Source of the DNA: a candidate division LCP-89 bacterium
GTDB taxonomy: Bacteria > Electryoneota > B3-LCP
Length of the DNA: 47,883 nucleotides
Reading direction: 5' to 3'
NCBI GenBank assembly: GCA_025774555.1
Contig: JALGVT010000029.1
Location: 1 to 47,883, forward strand
Part shown: positions 10,131 through 20,313 of the stretch, one piece after another
Layout of the letters: each line of letters opens with the position of its first letter
How positions within the stretch are numbered: the stretch's first letter is position 1
The notes under the pieces: model-generated
What the model saw: only the letters and a program-made list of their open reading frames with translations
What the model was told of the DNA's origin: nothing
Database searches by the model: none
Made by a program: the position numbers and the translations under genes

Positions 10131-10291
10131 AAAGGGGCTGTCTCAAAAGCCTATGAACTGTCATTGCTCCGAAGGAGCGCCTTTGGCGCGAACGAAGTGT
10201 GGTAATCTCTTAGTGCTTGTATAATAGGAGATTGCCACGTCATCAGCCGGACGGCTGATTCCTCGCAATGACTCGAAATTATCTTTTGGGA
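10131..10291. repeat. Nested-hairpin intergenic element, copy A. Terminal inverted repeats ggggctgtc / gacaacccc, inner stems gtcattgc/gcaatgac, ggtaatctc/gagattgcc, atcagcc/ggctgat
   Basis: Inverted repeats read directly. Shares GGGCTGTC TIRs and the gaacgaag / raatgac motifs with the element at 20172-20300. Sits between convergent gene ends. Confidence 0.55.
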
Positions 10292-10321
10292 CAACCCCTT
10301 TTATTTTAATCTGGAAAAATC

Positions 10322-10822
10322 CTATCGGTTCAATTCAGATGAACAGGAGACCAATCTCGATCCCCTTCTGATTGCCGCTTTCTCAAACCGTCTCTTTTCA
10401 TCAGGAGTTTCCGGGATTACTGACGGAATCGGCGTTGGTTTGCCTTCATCGTCGAGCGCCACAAAGGAAAGGTACGCAGAAGCGGTATGCTTGCGTGTGC
10501 CGGTCTGCGTATTTTCGGAAAATACCTTGACGCCGACTTCAAGGGAGGTTTTAAATGCGCGGTTAACGGATGCTTTCAACAACACGAGGTCGCCCATTTT
10601 TATCGGCGATAGAAAGGCAAGTGAATCCACCGCGGCAGTAACCACGAGTCGCTTGGTATGCCGGCGAGCCGCAATGGTGCCTGCGATATCAATCAACTGC
10701 ATGACCTTGCCGCCGAACAGCGTGCCGAAGTTATTCGTGTCGTTGGGCAGAACTACTTCAGTCATTTCAACAACAGAGTCCCTGACAGGTTTAGCAGGAT
10801 ATTCGGATTCGTATTTTGTCAT
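10322..10822 (-). CDS. Acyl-CoA thioesterase, hotdog fold (YciA/BFIT-like)
   Basis: Motif NxxGxLFGGxxMxxxDxAG is characteristic of acyl-CoA thioester hydrolases. Start trimmed to the ATG at 10820-10822 (MTKYESEY...) to avoid overlapping the upstream gene. Confidence 0.7.
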   Translation of the reverse strand: MTKYESEYPAKPVRDSVVEMTEVVLPNDTNNFGTLFGGKVMQLIDIAGTIAARRHTKRLVVTAAVDSLAFLSPIKMGDLVLLKASVNRAFKTSLEVGVKVFSENTQTGTRKHTASAYLSFVALDDEGKPTPIPSVIPETPDEKRRFEKAAIRRGSRLVSCSSELNR

Positions 10823-10857
10823 AGTGCAGCCCTTTTGATCGGATAGTTTGCTGATGA

Positions 10858-11190
10858 TCACTGCAGAGGTAAAAACGCTTTCATTGCGCAATAGAACACT
10901 AAAATGGTGCTAACGAGAAGCGATACCAGTGACAACCCCAACATCGTTTTCATCTTCAATGATTTTACAAAGGCATAAAAACTCAGTATCAGCGCAGGGA
11001 TAGGAAGAAAAATAATTATTGCCTTGAACAGTGATTCGGGCATATAATTCCAGAAACGGGCTGCGTATCCTATATTTCCAGTGGAGCCGGTCTGCAGCAT
11101 AAGCCAGAAGGCGAGCGGAGGCAGCAGCAGCAGGAGGGCAACCCATAGCAGGCGCTTATTGTTTCGATTGTTTTTCAGGCTATCTGTCAT
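10858..11190 (-). CDS. Small integral membrane protein (3 predicted TM helices), function unknown
   Basis: Hydrophobic segments. ATG at 11188-11190. Confidence 0.45.
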   Translation of the reverse strand: MTDSLKNNRNNKRLLWVALLLLLPPLAFWLMLQTGSTGNIGYAARFWNYMPESLFKAIIIFLPIPALILSFYAFVKSLKMKTMLGLSLVSLLVSTILVFYCAMKAFLPLQ

Positions 11191-11211
11191 TTTGAGATTT
11201 ATGGTTCACTA

Positions 11212-12615
11212 TTATAGATGAATTGCTCTGCCAAAGGCATCCAGAGCCGCTTCGGCAACAGCCTCTGAGAGAGTGGGATGAGCGTGAATAGTTGAGGTTA
11301 TCGCTTTGAACGGATCAGGCTGAAGCTGTGCCACTCCCAGTTCCGCTATAAGTTCTGTGGCTTCAGGTCCCACAATGTGAGCACCGATGAGTTTTGAGCC
11401 TGCTTCATCAAATATCAGCTTTATCAGTCCATCGCGTTCACCTGAAGCGACAGCTCTGCTGGAAGCGACGACAGGAAATCTCCCTACTTTTATTTTATAT
11501 CCACGTTCAAGAGCCTGTTTCTCGGTAAGACCCACCGAAGCAACCTGAGGCTGGCAATACGTGCATGAAGGCACCTTATCCGGTTCAACTTTGTGCGTTG
11601 ACAGTCCTGCCATATTTTCCACGGCTGCAATCCCTTCGTGTGAAGCCGCGTGCGCCAGCATCGGCGCGCCGATCAAATCGCCAATCGCCCATATATTCTC
11701 AGCGCTCGTGCAATAGACATCATCGACTTTCACAAACCCCTTTTCTATTACGATCCCGACATCTTCCAGACCTATCCCATCAGAATTTGCCTGCACGCCT
11801 ATAGCCACCAGACAGAGATCGGCTTCCCATGATTCATCACCAGCAGGTGTCGATCCAAATGCTTTCACGCCTTCAGCCGATTTTTCAATACGCTGCACTT
11901 TTGTATCAGTGAATACCTTTATCCGGTCTTTTTTTAGTTTCTTATGGACAATATCCACGATTTCTGTGTCTTCCAAGGGCAGAATCTGCGGCATCATTTC
12001 TATAAGTATGACGTCTGTCCCGATGGTGTTATAAAAATAAGCGAACTCCACGCCGATAGCTCCAGCGCCGATTATAATCATGGATTTCGGCTGCGTTGAC
12101 AGAGTCATTGCTTGACGATAAGAAATCAGCTTCTCCTCATCAAGTTCTAATCCCGGCAGGTTGCGGGGTCTTGCGCCAGTCGCCAGTAAAAACTTATTAG
12201 ACTGGATTGAAACGATCTCTTCGGCTTCGGCGTTCGATACCGCTATAGTGTGCATGTTTTTGAAACGACCTGTGCCGTTAAAAACTTCGATGTTATTCTT
12301 CTTTAACAGGAAACCGACGCCTTTTGATAGACGGCTGGCTATCTGGCGGCTGCGCTTGATTATGGCAGGGAAGTCTATTTCGATTTCGCCTGTCTTAATA
12401 CCAAAAGAATTGGATTTCTTGATAGTATTCAGGACTTCAGCGGACTTCAGTAGAGCTTTGGTGGGAATACATCCCCAGTTCAGGCAGATGCCACCGATAT
12501 TTTCTCGTTCAACGACAGCTACCTTCATTCCAAGTTGTGCGGCTCGAATGGCTGCCACATATCCGCCGGGTCCTGACCCCAGCACTGTTAGATCATATTT
12601 TTGGTTTTCTGTCAT
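11212..12615 (-). CDS. lpdA: Dihydrolipoyl dehydrogenase (E3)
   Basis: FAD-binding GSGPGGY, redox-active disulfide GGICLNWGCIPTK, and a C-terminal dimerisation-domain HAHP motif. Confidence 0.9.
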   Translation of the reverse strand: MTENQKYDLTVLGSGPGGYVAAIRAAQLGMKVAVVERENIGGICLNWGCIPTKALLKSAEVLNTIKKSNSFGIKTGEIEIDFPAIIKRSRQIASRLSKGVGFLLKKNNIEVFNGTGRFKNMHTIAVSNAEAEEIVSIQSNKFLLATGARPRNLPGLELDEEKLISYRQAMTLSTQPKSMIIIGAGAIGVEFAYFYNTIGTDVILIEMMPQILPLEDTEIVDIVHKKLKKDRIKVFTDTKVQRIEKSAEGVKAFGSTPAGDESWEADLCLVAIGVQANSDGIGLEDVGIVIEKGFVKVDDVYCTSAENIWAIGDLIGAPMLAHAASHEGIAAVENMAGLSTHKVEPDKVPSCTYCQPQVASVGLTEKQALERGYKIKVGRFPVVASSRAVASGERDGLIKLIFDEAGSKLIGAHIVGPEATELIAELGVAQLQPDPFKAITSTIHAHPTLSEAVAEAALDAFGRAIHL

Positions 12616-12654
12616 AGATGAATACGCTTGATGGATTATCCGGTTTGTTATCGA

Positions 12655-15594
12655 TTACTTCAGAAGCAGAAGTTTTCGCGTGGCTATTTGATCTCCCTGT
12701 TGCAGTCTCACAAAATAGATACCCGATGCAAAGCGGTCAGCCTTCCAGGAGATCTCATGTATTCCCGGTTTCAGATATTGATCTACCAGACAAGCAGCCT
12801 TCCTTCCGAGGAGGTCATAGATCACTAGGTTCGTTCTGCCGATTACAGGAAGAGTAAAATTGATCCTGGTTGATGAATTGAAAGGATTGGGATAATTTTG
12901 TGAGAGTGAAAAGCTGACCGGAGTAGCAGGTTTTCCTTCGTTTTCCACAGGCAGCAGGTAGTGTGAAGCCAACAGAAGGTTGTCTATCCCGACGTTATAA
13001 TCACTGCTGGAGGAATGCTTCCCTTCGATGTTGAACAGGAAATAGTGTTCGCCCTCCTCCAAGTAGAGAGTCCCCAGTTCAACTTTTGGGCTTCTTAGAG
13101 TAAGCGCCGAATAGAGATCATAGCCACCCATCAGGGGAATCGAATCTATCTGAAAGGAGAATATTCCATATTCGGGACCTTTTGTAAAATATCCTGCAAC
13201 ATCGTAAGTATCTGCTTCTGCCACTTCCCATATAACGGAGATAAAATCAGCTTCACGATCCCCGAAGAACCTGAACTGATGATTGTTGCTCCAATTCTCA
13301 CCATATTGCATCATATTTTCTTCTACAAAGGGGTCACCTGAGGTAAAAGCGACGCCCTGGTTCCACTCGCCTTCGAGCAGATAATTGCACGAAGTTCTCT
13401 GCTGTATCTCAGATGACGGTTCACTTTCGTTTCCGACAAAATCGACAGCGCTGACGATATAGTAATAATATGTACCGGGTGTGAGACTGATATCTCGATA
13501 TTCGGAAAGAGGCGTTTGCGCTAAAAGGTACTCTTCAACGGGCAGCACCTCCGGTTCGTTACTGCGATAGACGCGGTATTGGGCGACTCCTGTTTCATCG
13601 AATGCAGGATCCCATTCGAGGCGCAGATGTGAACCCGCCTCAAGAGCTTCAGCGGTGAGGTTGTTCACCTGATCGGGCGGATTTGTATCCTCAATGGGGG
13701 GGACGCGCGAATAAATCCAATATTGGTATTCGGTCCATGTTGAATTCCCCAGAGATACCACAGTGATCTGCACTTGCGACAGACCCTGTGTAAAAGTAGA
13801 AGGTATCTCAAAAGATGAGTCACTCCAGCGCTTGTAGAAATTGTAATCGCTGTCCCACCAGATCCCAGCATCCACGCCATCCACCCAGACAGACGCAGCC
13901 TGCGGGAAGATAGAAGCATCGCGCCGACGAACCAGCCTGACTCCCTGGTTATCAGGATCGATGGACACATCGAATGTTGAGTTACCGAACAGACTCCGAC
14001 CGGTATCTTCAAAGTATTGATCGTCGTTAACACCCGGATAGGCATAGAAATGAGTTTCGGGAGTAAGACCAGCTGTCACTGAATAATTGTGTGCTGTTTC
14101 ATCCGCTATATCACCGACGTTCAACTGATCCGTAAGTAAAAGCGTAATGCCCGGCTTCATATAAGCGTAAACCACTGAAGCGTATTCAAAATTATAACGA
14201 TTCGCATGACCGTGTTCAGCGCTTAAGCGGATCGACCGCGCGAATGGCAGCAAATCACCGAGAAAAAAGCGGTACGCGCTCATGCTGTTCATTCCGGCTG
14301 CTTCAAAAACAGGCACCCCGTGAACCGGCAGGGAAAAAACTCCTGTCCCGAAGTAATCACCGACATTGAAATCGCCGTCGAAGTCCGTTCCCTGAAGAAT
14401 TGGCATGTTGAATTGATCTGTATAACAACGCAGATCACCGCGAACACCATCCTGACCATAAGGAGATACCAGCGTTACAATTATTCCTGCCAATTGACCA
14501 TGTCCTGATAAATCGGCGAAGATCATATCTTCACCCAGCGGCGTTTCTTGAAGCGTGCGCTGGAAAACACTGAAATAACCGCTCTCTTCCGGGTAAGGAT
14601 TTGTCTTATAAGTGATTTCATAAGAGACGTCAACAGTCGTGAAGATAGAGGAATTAAATATTTCGAGTCTGACGTCTTCCCAAAAGGGCATTGGGAAGAA
14701 ACAGTAATATTCATCGCCTTCGATGCCCACCGGCAGAGCATCAACTGTGGCTGGTCCAAGAGAACTTCCAAAAAAGCTGCCCAGGCTGCACTCTGTCTGC
14801 GGAATAGCGCTTCCATCCCAGTAAAACTGGAGTATGAGGCTCTCTACCGAGCTCAAAGTGTTGGGATTAGGCTGCAATTTTATACCGGTAATGCTGCCTT
14901 CGCCCGTATATGAAAAGATAGTCTCAGTCTGATCTGGTTGGATGGTGGTCTGTTCGATGACGGTGATATTACCAATCGTACTCTTTGGATCAGACCCGGT
15001 GTTCGTCCATTGTTCCACTATTGCTGAAGGAACTGTCAGACCGGTAAAGGTGCTGATCTCTGTATCGGGAGGATACTGATGGTATAGCACTTGATGTGCT
15101 TCAATGCCTCCTTCTAAACTGATTTTCAGGTGTTGTTCAAAGGGCAGAGGGAGATAGCCGTAATATCCGCCGGAAGAGGTCGCTGCATCGCCTACTATTG
15201 GTGTTAAAAACGGTGATAGTGAGCCTGAAAAAAGATTTCCAATCGTTTCTGATACACGGGGCTCTGATTCGTAGTCGAAATAAAAATGGATGATTCTATC
15301 GGGAGTCATCGGCATATATCGAATCCAGATTCTATAAACGCAGCCGGGACCTTCCTGATCGAAGATGACGACTTCAGAACCGTCAATATATAGATAACCA
15401 GTGTTATCGAAATCCGAACCCAGTGGATCGCTGCTCGATAATTGTTGAGCGATGACTCCCTGCCGAAAGATCGGCAGCGCCTCAAACTGTTCTAAAGCGT
15501 TCAGTCCTACCGGATATTGAGCGTACACCATTATTAAAGGAAAGCTGATGCAAATCAGCAAACCGATAACTATTTTCACAAACGATACAAGCAT
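12655..15594 (-). CDS. Large secreted protein with fibronectin-III domain and C-terminal T9SS (Por) sorting domain; N-terminal region of the DUF2961/GH172-like type (tentative)
   Basis: The last ~80 aa (NYPNPFNSSTRINFTLP...IYDLLGRK...GIYFVRLQ) match the type IX secretion C-terminal domain. An FN3-like block lies mid-protein. ORF-track start is TTG; the ATG at 15592-15594 with a GAGGA SD gives a signal peptide MLVSFVKIVIGLLICISFPLIMVYAQ. Confidence 0.75.
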   Translation of the reverse strand: MLVSFVKIVIGLLICISFPLIMVYAQYPVGLNALEQFEALPIFRQGVIAQQLSSSDPLGSDFDNTGYLYIDGSEVVIFDQEGPGCVYRIWIRYMPMTPDRIIHFYFDYESEPRVSETIGNLFSGSLSPFLTPIVGDAATSSGGYYGYLPLPFEQHLKISLEGGIEAHQVLYHQYPPDTEISTFTGLTVPSAIVEQWTNTGSDPKSTIGNITVIEQTTIQPDQTETIFSYTGEGSITGIKLQPNPNTLSSVESLILQFYWDGSAIPQTECSLGSFFGSSLGPATVDALPVGIEGDEYYCFFPMPFWEDVRLEIFNSSIFTTVDVSYEITYKTNPYPEESGYFSVFQRTLQETPLGEDMIFADLSGHGQLAGIIVTLVSPYGQDGVRGDLRCYTDQFNMPILQGTDFDGDFNVGDYFGTGVFSLPVHGVPVFEAAGMNSMSAYRFFLGDLLPFARSIRLSAEHGHANRYNFEYASVVYAYMKPGITLLLTDQLNVGDIADETAHNYSVTAGLTPETHFYAYPGVNDDQYFEDTGRSLFGNSTFDVSIDPDNQGVRLVRRRDASIFPQAASVWVDGVDAGIWWDSDYNFYKRWSDSSFEIPSTFTQGLSQVQITVVSLGNSTWTEYQYWIYSRVPPIEDTNPPDQVNNLTAEALEAGSHLRLEWDPAFDETGVAQYRVYRSNEPEVLPVEEYLLAQTPLSEYRDISLTPGTYYYYIVSAVDFVGNESEPSSEIQQRTSCNYLLEGEWNQGVAFTSGDPFVEENMMQYGENWSNNHQFRFFGDREADFISVIWEVAEADTYDVAGYFTKGPEYGIFSFQIDSIPLMGGYDLYSALTLRSPKVELGTLYLEEGEHYFLFNIEGKHSSSSDYNVGIDNLLLASHYLLPVENEGKPATPVSFSLSQNYPNPFNSSTRINFTLPVIGRTNLVIYDLLGRKAACLVDQYLKPGIHEISWKADRFASGIYFVRLQQGDQIATRKLLLLK

Positions 15595-15672
15595 AATCGC
15601 TATCCTCAACGTATTGAAAGCTGCGCTTGAAGCCTTGAAATTCCAGTTAATTTAACAATGATGATATTGATA

Positions 15673-16683
15673 TTAAGCTGTCTTTAAACTATTTGCAAAG
15701 AGATATTCTCCAGATAAAGTTTCCAACTTCTTTTTTCTATCAACACTGTGTTTGTTATGCAATAATTCAAGGAGTTGGGGCAGTTTCGCTCTCGCCTCCC
15801 ATTCACCGGCGTTGATCAACTCACTCATTCTCTCGAATTCTGACCACTGAACGTCATCGGATACGGGGTGTAACACGAAGTCAGCTCTTTCTAAAGCTGT
15901 ATTGGCTAAATGACATCCCGTGATTTGCACCGATCTGAGGAATATATCAATGGTATGTCGAAGCTGTGGGTCGGTTTGCAAAGTACGCCGAACATCGACC
16001 GCAATGACAAGATCCGCACCCAACAGGTAACAGGCATTAACGGGAATTAGGTCTGTAGCCTCACCGTCAATCAGAAGAAAGTCGTTCCATTTAACAGGTG
16101 GAAAAAAGCCTGGAATTGAAGAGCTTGCGACCACCGCTTTGCGCAGAGAACCTCGATCTAATATTATGCCTTTTCCGCTTATCAGATCAGAAGCCATAGC
16201 TGCGAAGGTGATCGGCATATCTTCAATGGATACGTCTTCGATCATGGTGGAAATAGAGTCTTCTATGCGCGATGATGGAAGCAGTGATTTTTTTGAGATG
16301 GATAGGTTGATGACCAGACGCTGCTTAATTTCCCTGGTGATTTGATCGAAGAAGTGATCGCCTTTCTGGTTCTGTGGGAAAATGTCTATCGCTTTGGCTT
16401 CAGATTCACTCTCTTTCGACAGAAGTTGCAGACGTTCCAATACGGAGGAAATCTTTCCAGATTGTGCATAGAGCGCTCCGACAACGGATCCCATGCTGGT
16501 CCCGACAACAACGTCAGGGATAATTTCAGCAGCCTCTAATACTTTTAGAACACCAAGGTGCGAAAACCCGCGTGCCCCGCCGCCGCCTAAAGCAATTCCT
16601 ATTTTCCTACCGTTAAACACACTTTCACCAATTAGAAAATCTGTATAATTCAATAAAATACAAATAAGGATAGACAAAGTCAA
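15673..16683 (-). CDS. Patatin-like phospholipase
   Basis: GGGxRG oxyanion motif (GIALGGGGARG), GxSxG nucleophile (GTSMGS) and a DG(A/G) catalytic Asp region. The 16683 start is TTG. An alternative GTG at 16618-16620 with a ggtga SD is possible. Confidence 0.8.
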   Translation of the reverse strand: MTLSILICILLNYTDFLIGESVFNGRKIGIALGGGGARGFSHLGVLKVLEAAEIIPDVVVGTSMGSVVGALYAQSGKISSVLERLQLLSKESESEAKAIDIFPQNQKGDHFFDQITREIKQRLVINLSISKKSLLPSSRIEDSISTMIEDVSIEDMPITFAAMASDLISGKGIILDRGSLRKAVVASSSIPGFFPPVKWNDFLLIDGEATDLIPVNACYLLGADLVIAVDVRRTLQTDPQLRHTIDIFLRSVQITGCHLANTALERADFVLHPVSDDVQWSEFERMSELINAGEWEARAKLPQLLELLHNKHSVDRKKKLETLSGEYLFANSLKTA

Positions 16684-16815
16684 TCATAAATGCGATAAAC
16701 AGAGACCAGAGGCGATCTCTGCAAAATTGATCGACCAAGAAAATACTTGGAAATAATAATTAAAAACATTATACTTCAAAAGTCGATAAATAAATCGGAG
16801 TGGGGAAGGAAATAT

Positions 16816-17547
16816 ATGCAGAGGATGATTGAAAATCTCAAGGAAGCGATATCGGAAGGCGGAGTGATCGCCTTTACCGGCGCCGGCGTTTCCGCTGAAT
16901 CAGGGATACCGACATACCGCGGTAAAGACGGATTTTGGACCAAATACGATCCTTCCAAATATGCTTCGATCGAGTACTTTAATCTGGACCCTTCCTATTA
17001 CTGGTCATTCTTCAAAGACACGCGCGCGCCTTTGATTCACGATGCGAGACCTAATCCGGGGCATGTCGCGCTGGCTGAAATGGAAAAGGCAGGATACCTC
17101 GATGCAGTGATCACTCAGAACATAGATGGGCTTCATCAGGCAGGCGGCTCAAAGCAGGTGATAGAGCTGCATGGCTCAACGAGAAGATTCTACTGCGTGG
17201 ATTGCAACAAAAAGTACAGCCTGCAGGAAGCCGAAGGCGCTCTGGATGTAAATCTCCCGCCACGCTGCAATAAGTGCGAAGGGATTATCAGACCCGACGT
17301 CGTCTTTTTTGGCGAGATGCTTCCACCCGGATTACTTGAAAAAGCATTCACATTAGCAAAGAGCGCATCGGTAATAATTACCGTCGGAAGCACTTTAATT
17401 GTATATCCTGCGTCACACGTTCCCGCAGTCGCCAAACAGGCTGGCGCGCGGTTAGCTATTGTGAATGACGAACCCACACCACTGGATGACATAGCTGACT
17501 GGACGCTATATGGCAATGCCGGAGAAATACTCCCACAGCTCATCTAA
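16816..17547 (+). CDS. cobB: NAD-dependent protein deacylase, Sir2 family (CobB)
   Basis: GAGVSAESGIPTYRG, QNIDGLH, zinc-binding CxxC...CxxC, and the VVFFGE motif. Start set at the ATG at 16816, preceded by ggaagga. Confidence 0.85.
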   Translation: MQRMIENLKEAISEGGVIAFTGAGVSAESGIPTYRGKDGFWTKYDPSKYASIEYFNLDPSYYWSFFKDTRAPLIHDARPNPGHVALAEMEKAGYLDAVITQNIDGLHQAGGSKQVIELHGSTRRFYCVDCNKKYSLQEAEGALDVNLPPRCNKCEGIIRPDVVFFGEMLPPGLLEKAFTLAKSASVIITVGSTLIVYPASHVPAVAKQAGARLAIVNDEPTPLDDIADWTLYGNAGEILPQLI

Positions 17548-17772
17548 TAAATATAGTTCTTCCGTAAAACCTTAAAACACCGATTATATCCGCATTAGTC
17601 GAAATATTTTGACCATGCCCCTGAAAGTGATAACGCGCTAACCGCCCTTATAGAGCGTGTACGTATGTTCATTAGACAATAGATTGTATTAAAAAAAGTC
17701 TTGACTCGCCGTAAATGAATTATTATATTTTCACTCACCCCAAAACGAACCCGTCCATATAAGAAGGATATT

Positions 17773-20142
17773 ATGTTAGCAAGAACACCAGTCCCCGAAA
17801 AAACAGCATCGGATCTTTTTAACGTAGCCAGAAACGCTGTAAAGCCACAGAAAAAGCGCAGTGTGTCCAGACTCGAACTGCCGAAGATAGAACGCGCCGA
17901 CAAATATACTTATAGCGAAAACAGTCTTGCGGTTCTGGAACGAAGATATTTAGCGAAAGATAAAAACGGCATCGTCGTGGAAACGCCTGAGGATATGTTC
18001 CGCCGTGTGGCGAAACATATCGCCTCTGCAGAGATGGTTTTCGATCCAGAACTGACTCATGCAGACCTTGCTGAAATAGAGGAGACTTTTTACCACTTGA
18101 TGGCATCGATGGATTTTCTCCCTAATTCACCCACACTGATGAATGCCGGAAGGGATCTGGGTCAGTTATCCGCTTGTTTCGTTCTTCCGGTTGGTGACAG
18201 CATGGAAGATATTTTCAACGCGATAAAATACACTGCCTTGATCCATAAAAGCGGCGGCGGAACCGGATTCTCTTTTTCACGTCTCCGCCCCAAAGACAGC
18301 ATGGTGAAATCGACAGCAGGCACAGCATCAGGACCCGTTTCATTCATGTCCGTATTTAACGCAGCGACAGAAACGGTGAAACAGGGCGGCACGAGGCGCG
18401 GCGCGAACATGGCAATCCTGCGTGTCGATCATCCCGACATAGAGCACTTCATCGACTGTAAAAAAGGCGAGCACGCTCTGAACAACTTCAATATATCTGT
18501 CGCAGTTACTGATGAGTTTATGGATGCCGTGAAAAACCGGTCGAAATTTTCACTGAAAGATCCGAATACAGGAAAAACCGTCAAAGAAATCGTTGCCACG
18601 AAATTATTTGATAAGATCGTGGAAAATGCCTGGAGCAACGGCGAGCCCGGCATCGTTTTCCTCGATTCCGTCAACAAGAGTAATCCAACGCCGGAAATTG
18701 GTGATATAGAATCGACTAATCCGTGCGGTGAACAACCGTTGCTGCCATACGAATCATGTAATCTCGGCTCTATCAATTTGAATCACGTGGTGAAGGATGA
18801 ACAGATCGACTGGGATAAACTGGAGCGGATAATAGCACTCTCGGTGAGATTTTTGGATGACGTAATCGAAGTGAATAAATACCCGCTTGCCGAAATAGGG
18901 GAGATGACCAGAAAAAACCGTAAAATCGGTCTGGGTGTAATGGGATTCGCAGATCTACTTTATCAGCTCAATATTCCCTATAATTCTGCGGAAGGCATTA
19001 AGCTCGGCGAAGAGATAATGAGTATGGTACAGAAGGCGGCTCACCGAGCGTCAAAAGAATTGGCGGCAAAGCGCGGCACATTCTCAAACTACGATAAGTC
19101 AATCTTCGAAACTCCTATACGGAATGCAACTATAACAACGATTGCTCCCACTGGCACTCTTTCGATGATTGCAGATTGTTCCGGCGGCGTTGAACCAGTA
19201 TTCAGTCTGGTCTATGTGAAGCGAGTTATGGATAAAAACGATTTACTTTACACCAATCGCTACTTTGAGGAAGCGCTGGATCGAGCCGGGATTTACAGCA
19301 CGGAGCTGCTGAATAAGGTCGAAGCGTGTCATTCACTTAAGGAGGTAGATGACATTCCAGAGCCGCTGCAGCGTATCTTTGTTACTTCTCACGACATTGC
19401 GCCTGAATGGCACGTGCGCATGCAGGCTGCCTTTCAGAAACACACAGACAATGCAGTATCGAAAACGATCAACTTTCCTCATAATGCGACCACTTCCGAC
19501 GTAAAAAAGGCATATATGCTGGCATACGATCTCGGCTGCAAAGGTTTAACTGTTTACCGTGATGGTTCGCGTCAGGAACAGGTTATGCATAAGGGCAAAA
19601 CCGTTGCAGAAAAAAACGGTAAACCTGCAGAACGACCACTGCTCAAACCCCGCCATAGACCTGCCGTAACGCAGGGCATGACTGAAAGAGTCAATACCGG
19701 CGACGGCGCTATATACATCACGATCAATGAGGACGAACAGGGCATCTGTGAAGTATTCACCTCGATTGGTAAAGCTGGCGGGAACATGTCTGCGCAGGCT
19801 GAAGCGATCTCAAGATTGATCTCTCTATCCCTTAGATCCGGCATGGATCCAAGGGACATCATTAAACACCTCAAGGGGATATCAGGTCCGAATCCAGTCT
19901 GGGAGAACGGAACGCTAATTACATCCAGTCCTGATGCCATTGCCAAAGCGATGGAAAGATATCTTCAGCGCCGAGAGGCAAATGGAACGCTCAAAGCGCC
20001 TGTGAAAGTCGTGCAACCAGCATTCGAAAAAGACACCAACCTGATCGAAATTCCTGATCAGTGTCCTGATTGCGGCGGTGAGATTGCTCACGAAGACGGC
20101 TGTATCGTATGCAGATCGTGCGGCTTTACTCGCTGCGGATAG
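17773..20142 (+). CDS. nrdJ: Class II (adenosylcobalamin-dependent) ribonucleotide reductase NrdJ with C-terminal zinc ribbon
   Basis: RNR active-site motifs (NPCGEQPL, SCNLGSINL). C-terminal CPDCGG...CIVCRSCG. Good SD (aaggat). Confidence 0.9.
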   Translation: MLARTPVPEKTASDLFNVARNAVKPQKKRSVSRLELPKIERADKYTYSENSLAVLERRYLAKDKNGIVVETPEDMFRRVAKHIASAEMVFDPELTHADLAEIEETFYHLMASMDFLPNSPTLMNAGRDLGQLSACFVLPVGDSMEDIFNAIKYTALIHKSGGGTGFSFSRLRPKDSMVKSTAGTASGPVSFMSVFNAATETVKQGGTRRGANMAILRVDHPDIEHFIDCKKGEHALNNFNISVAVTDEFMDAVKNRSKFSLKDPNTGKTVKEIVATKLFDKIVENAWSNGEPGIVFLDSVNKSNPTPEIGDIESTNPCGEQPLLPYESCNLGSINLNHVVKDEQIDWDKLERIIALSVRFLDDVIEVNKYPLAEIGEMTRKNRKIGLGVMGFADLLYQLNIPYNSAEGIKLGEEIMSMVQKAAHRASKELAAKRGTFSNYDKSIFETPIRNATITTIAPTGTLSMIADCSGGVEPVFSLVYVKRVMDKNDLLYTNRYFEEALDRAGIYSTELLNKVEACHSLKEVDDIPEPLQRIFVTSHDIAPEWHVRMQAAFQKHTDNAVSKTINFPHNATTSDVKKAYMLAYDLGCKGLTVYRDGSRQEQVMHKGKTVAEKNGKPAERPLLKPRHRPAVTQGMTERVNTGDGAIYITINEDEQGICEVFTSIGKAGGNMSAQAEAISRLISLSLRSGMDPRDIIKHLKGISGPNPVWENGTLITSSPDAIAKAMERYLQRREANGTLKAPVKVVQPAFEKDTNLIEIPDQCPDCGGEIAHEDGCIVCRSCGFTRCG

Positions 20143-20171
20143 GATAACCTAATCAGGGTGAATAAATAAAA

Positions 20172-20300
20172 AAGGGCTGTCCTGAACGGGTCACTCTGAG
20201 TGAAACGAAGAGTCTCGAAAAAACTATAAAGTTAAGATAGACAAGAGATTCTTCACTGCGCCTTCGGCTTGCTCAGAATGACATTGAACCTTCTATGACA
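20172..20300. repeat. Nested-hairpin intergenic element, copy B. TIRs gggctgtc / gacagcc, inner stem gtcactctgag / ctcagaatgac
   Basis: Read directly. Homologous in architecture and motifs to 10131-10291. Sits between the convergent nrdJ and decarboxylase-beta gene ends. Ends in ttgtatttttatttt like copy A. Confidence 0.55.
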
Positions 20301-20313
20301 GCCTCTTGTATTT

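Noticed and set aside
17548-17772. Possible cobalamin riboswitch or NrdR box upstream of nrdJ
   Set aside because: No B12-box (GCCACTG-like) or 16-bp NrdR palindrome was found by eye, only a TTGACT-N17-TATATT-like sigma-70 pair. A covariance-model scan would be needed to be certain.
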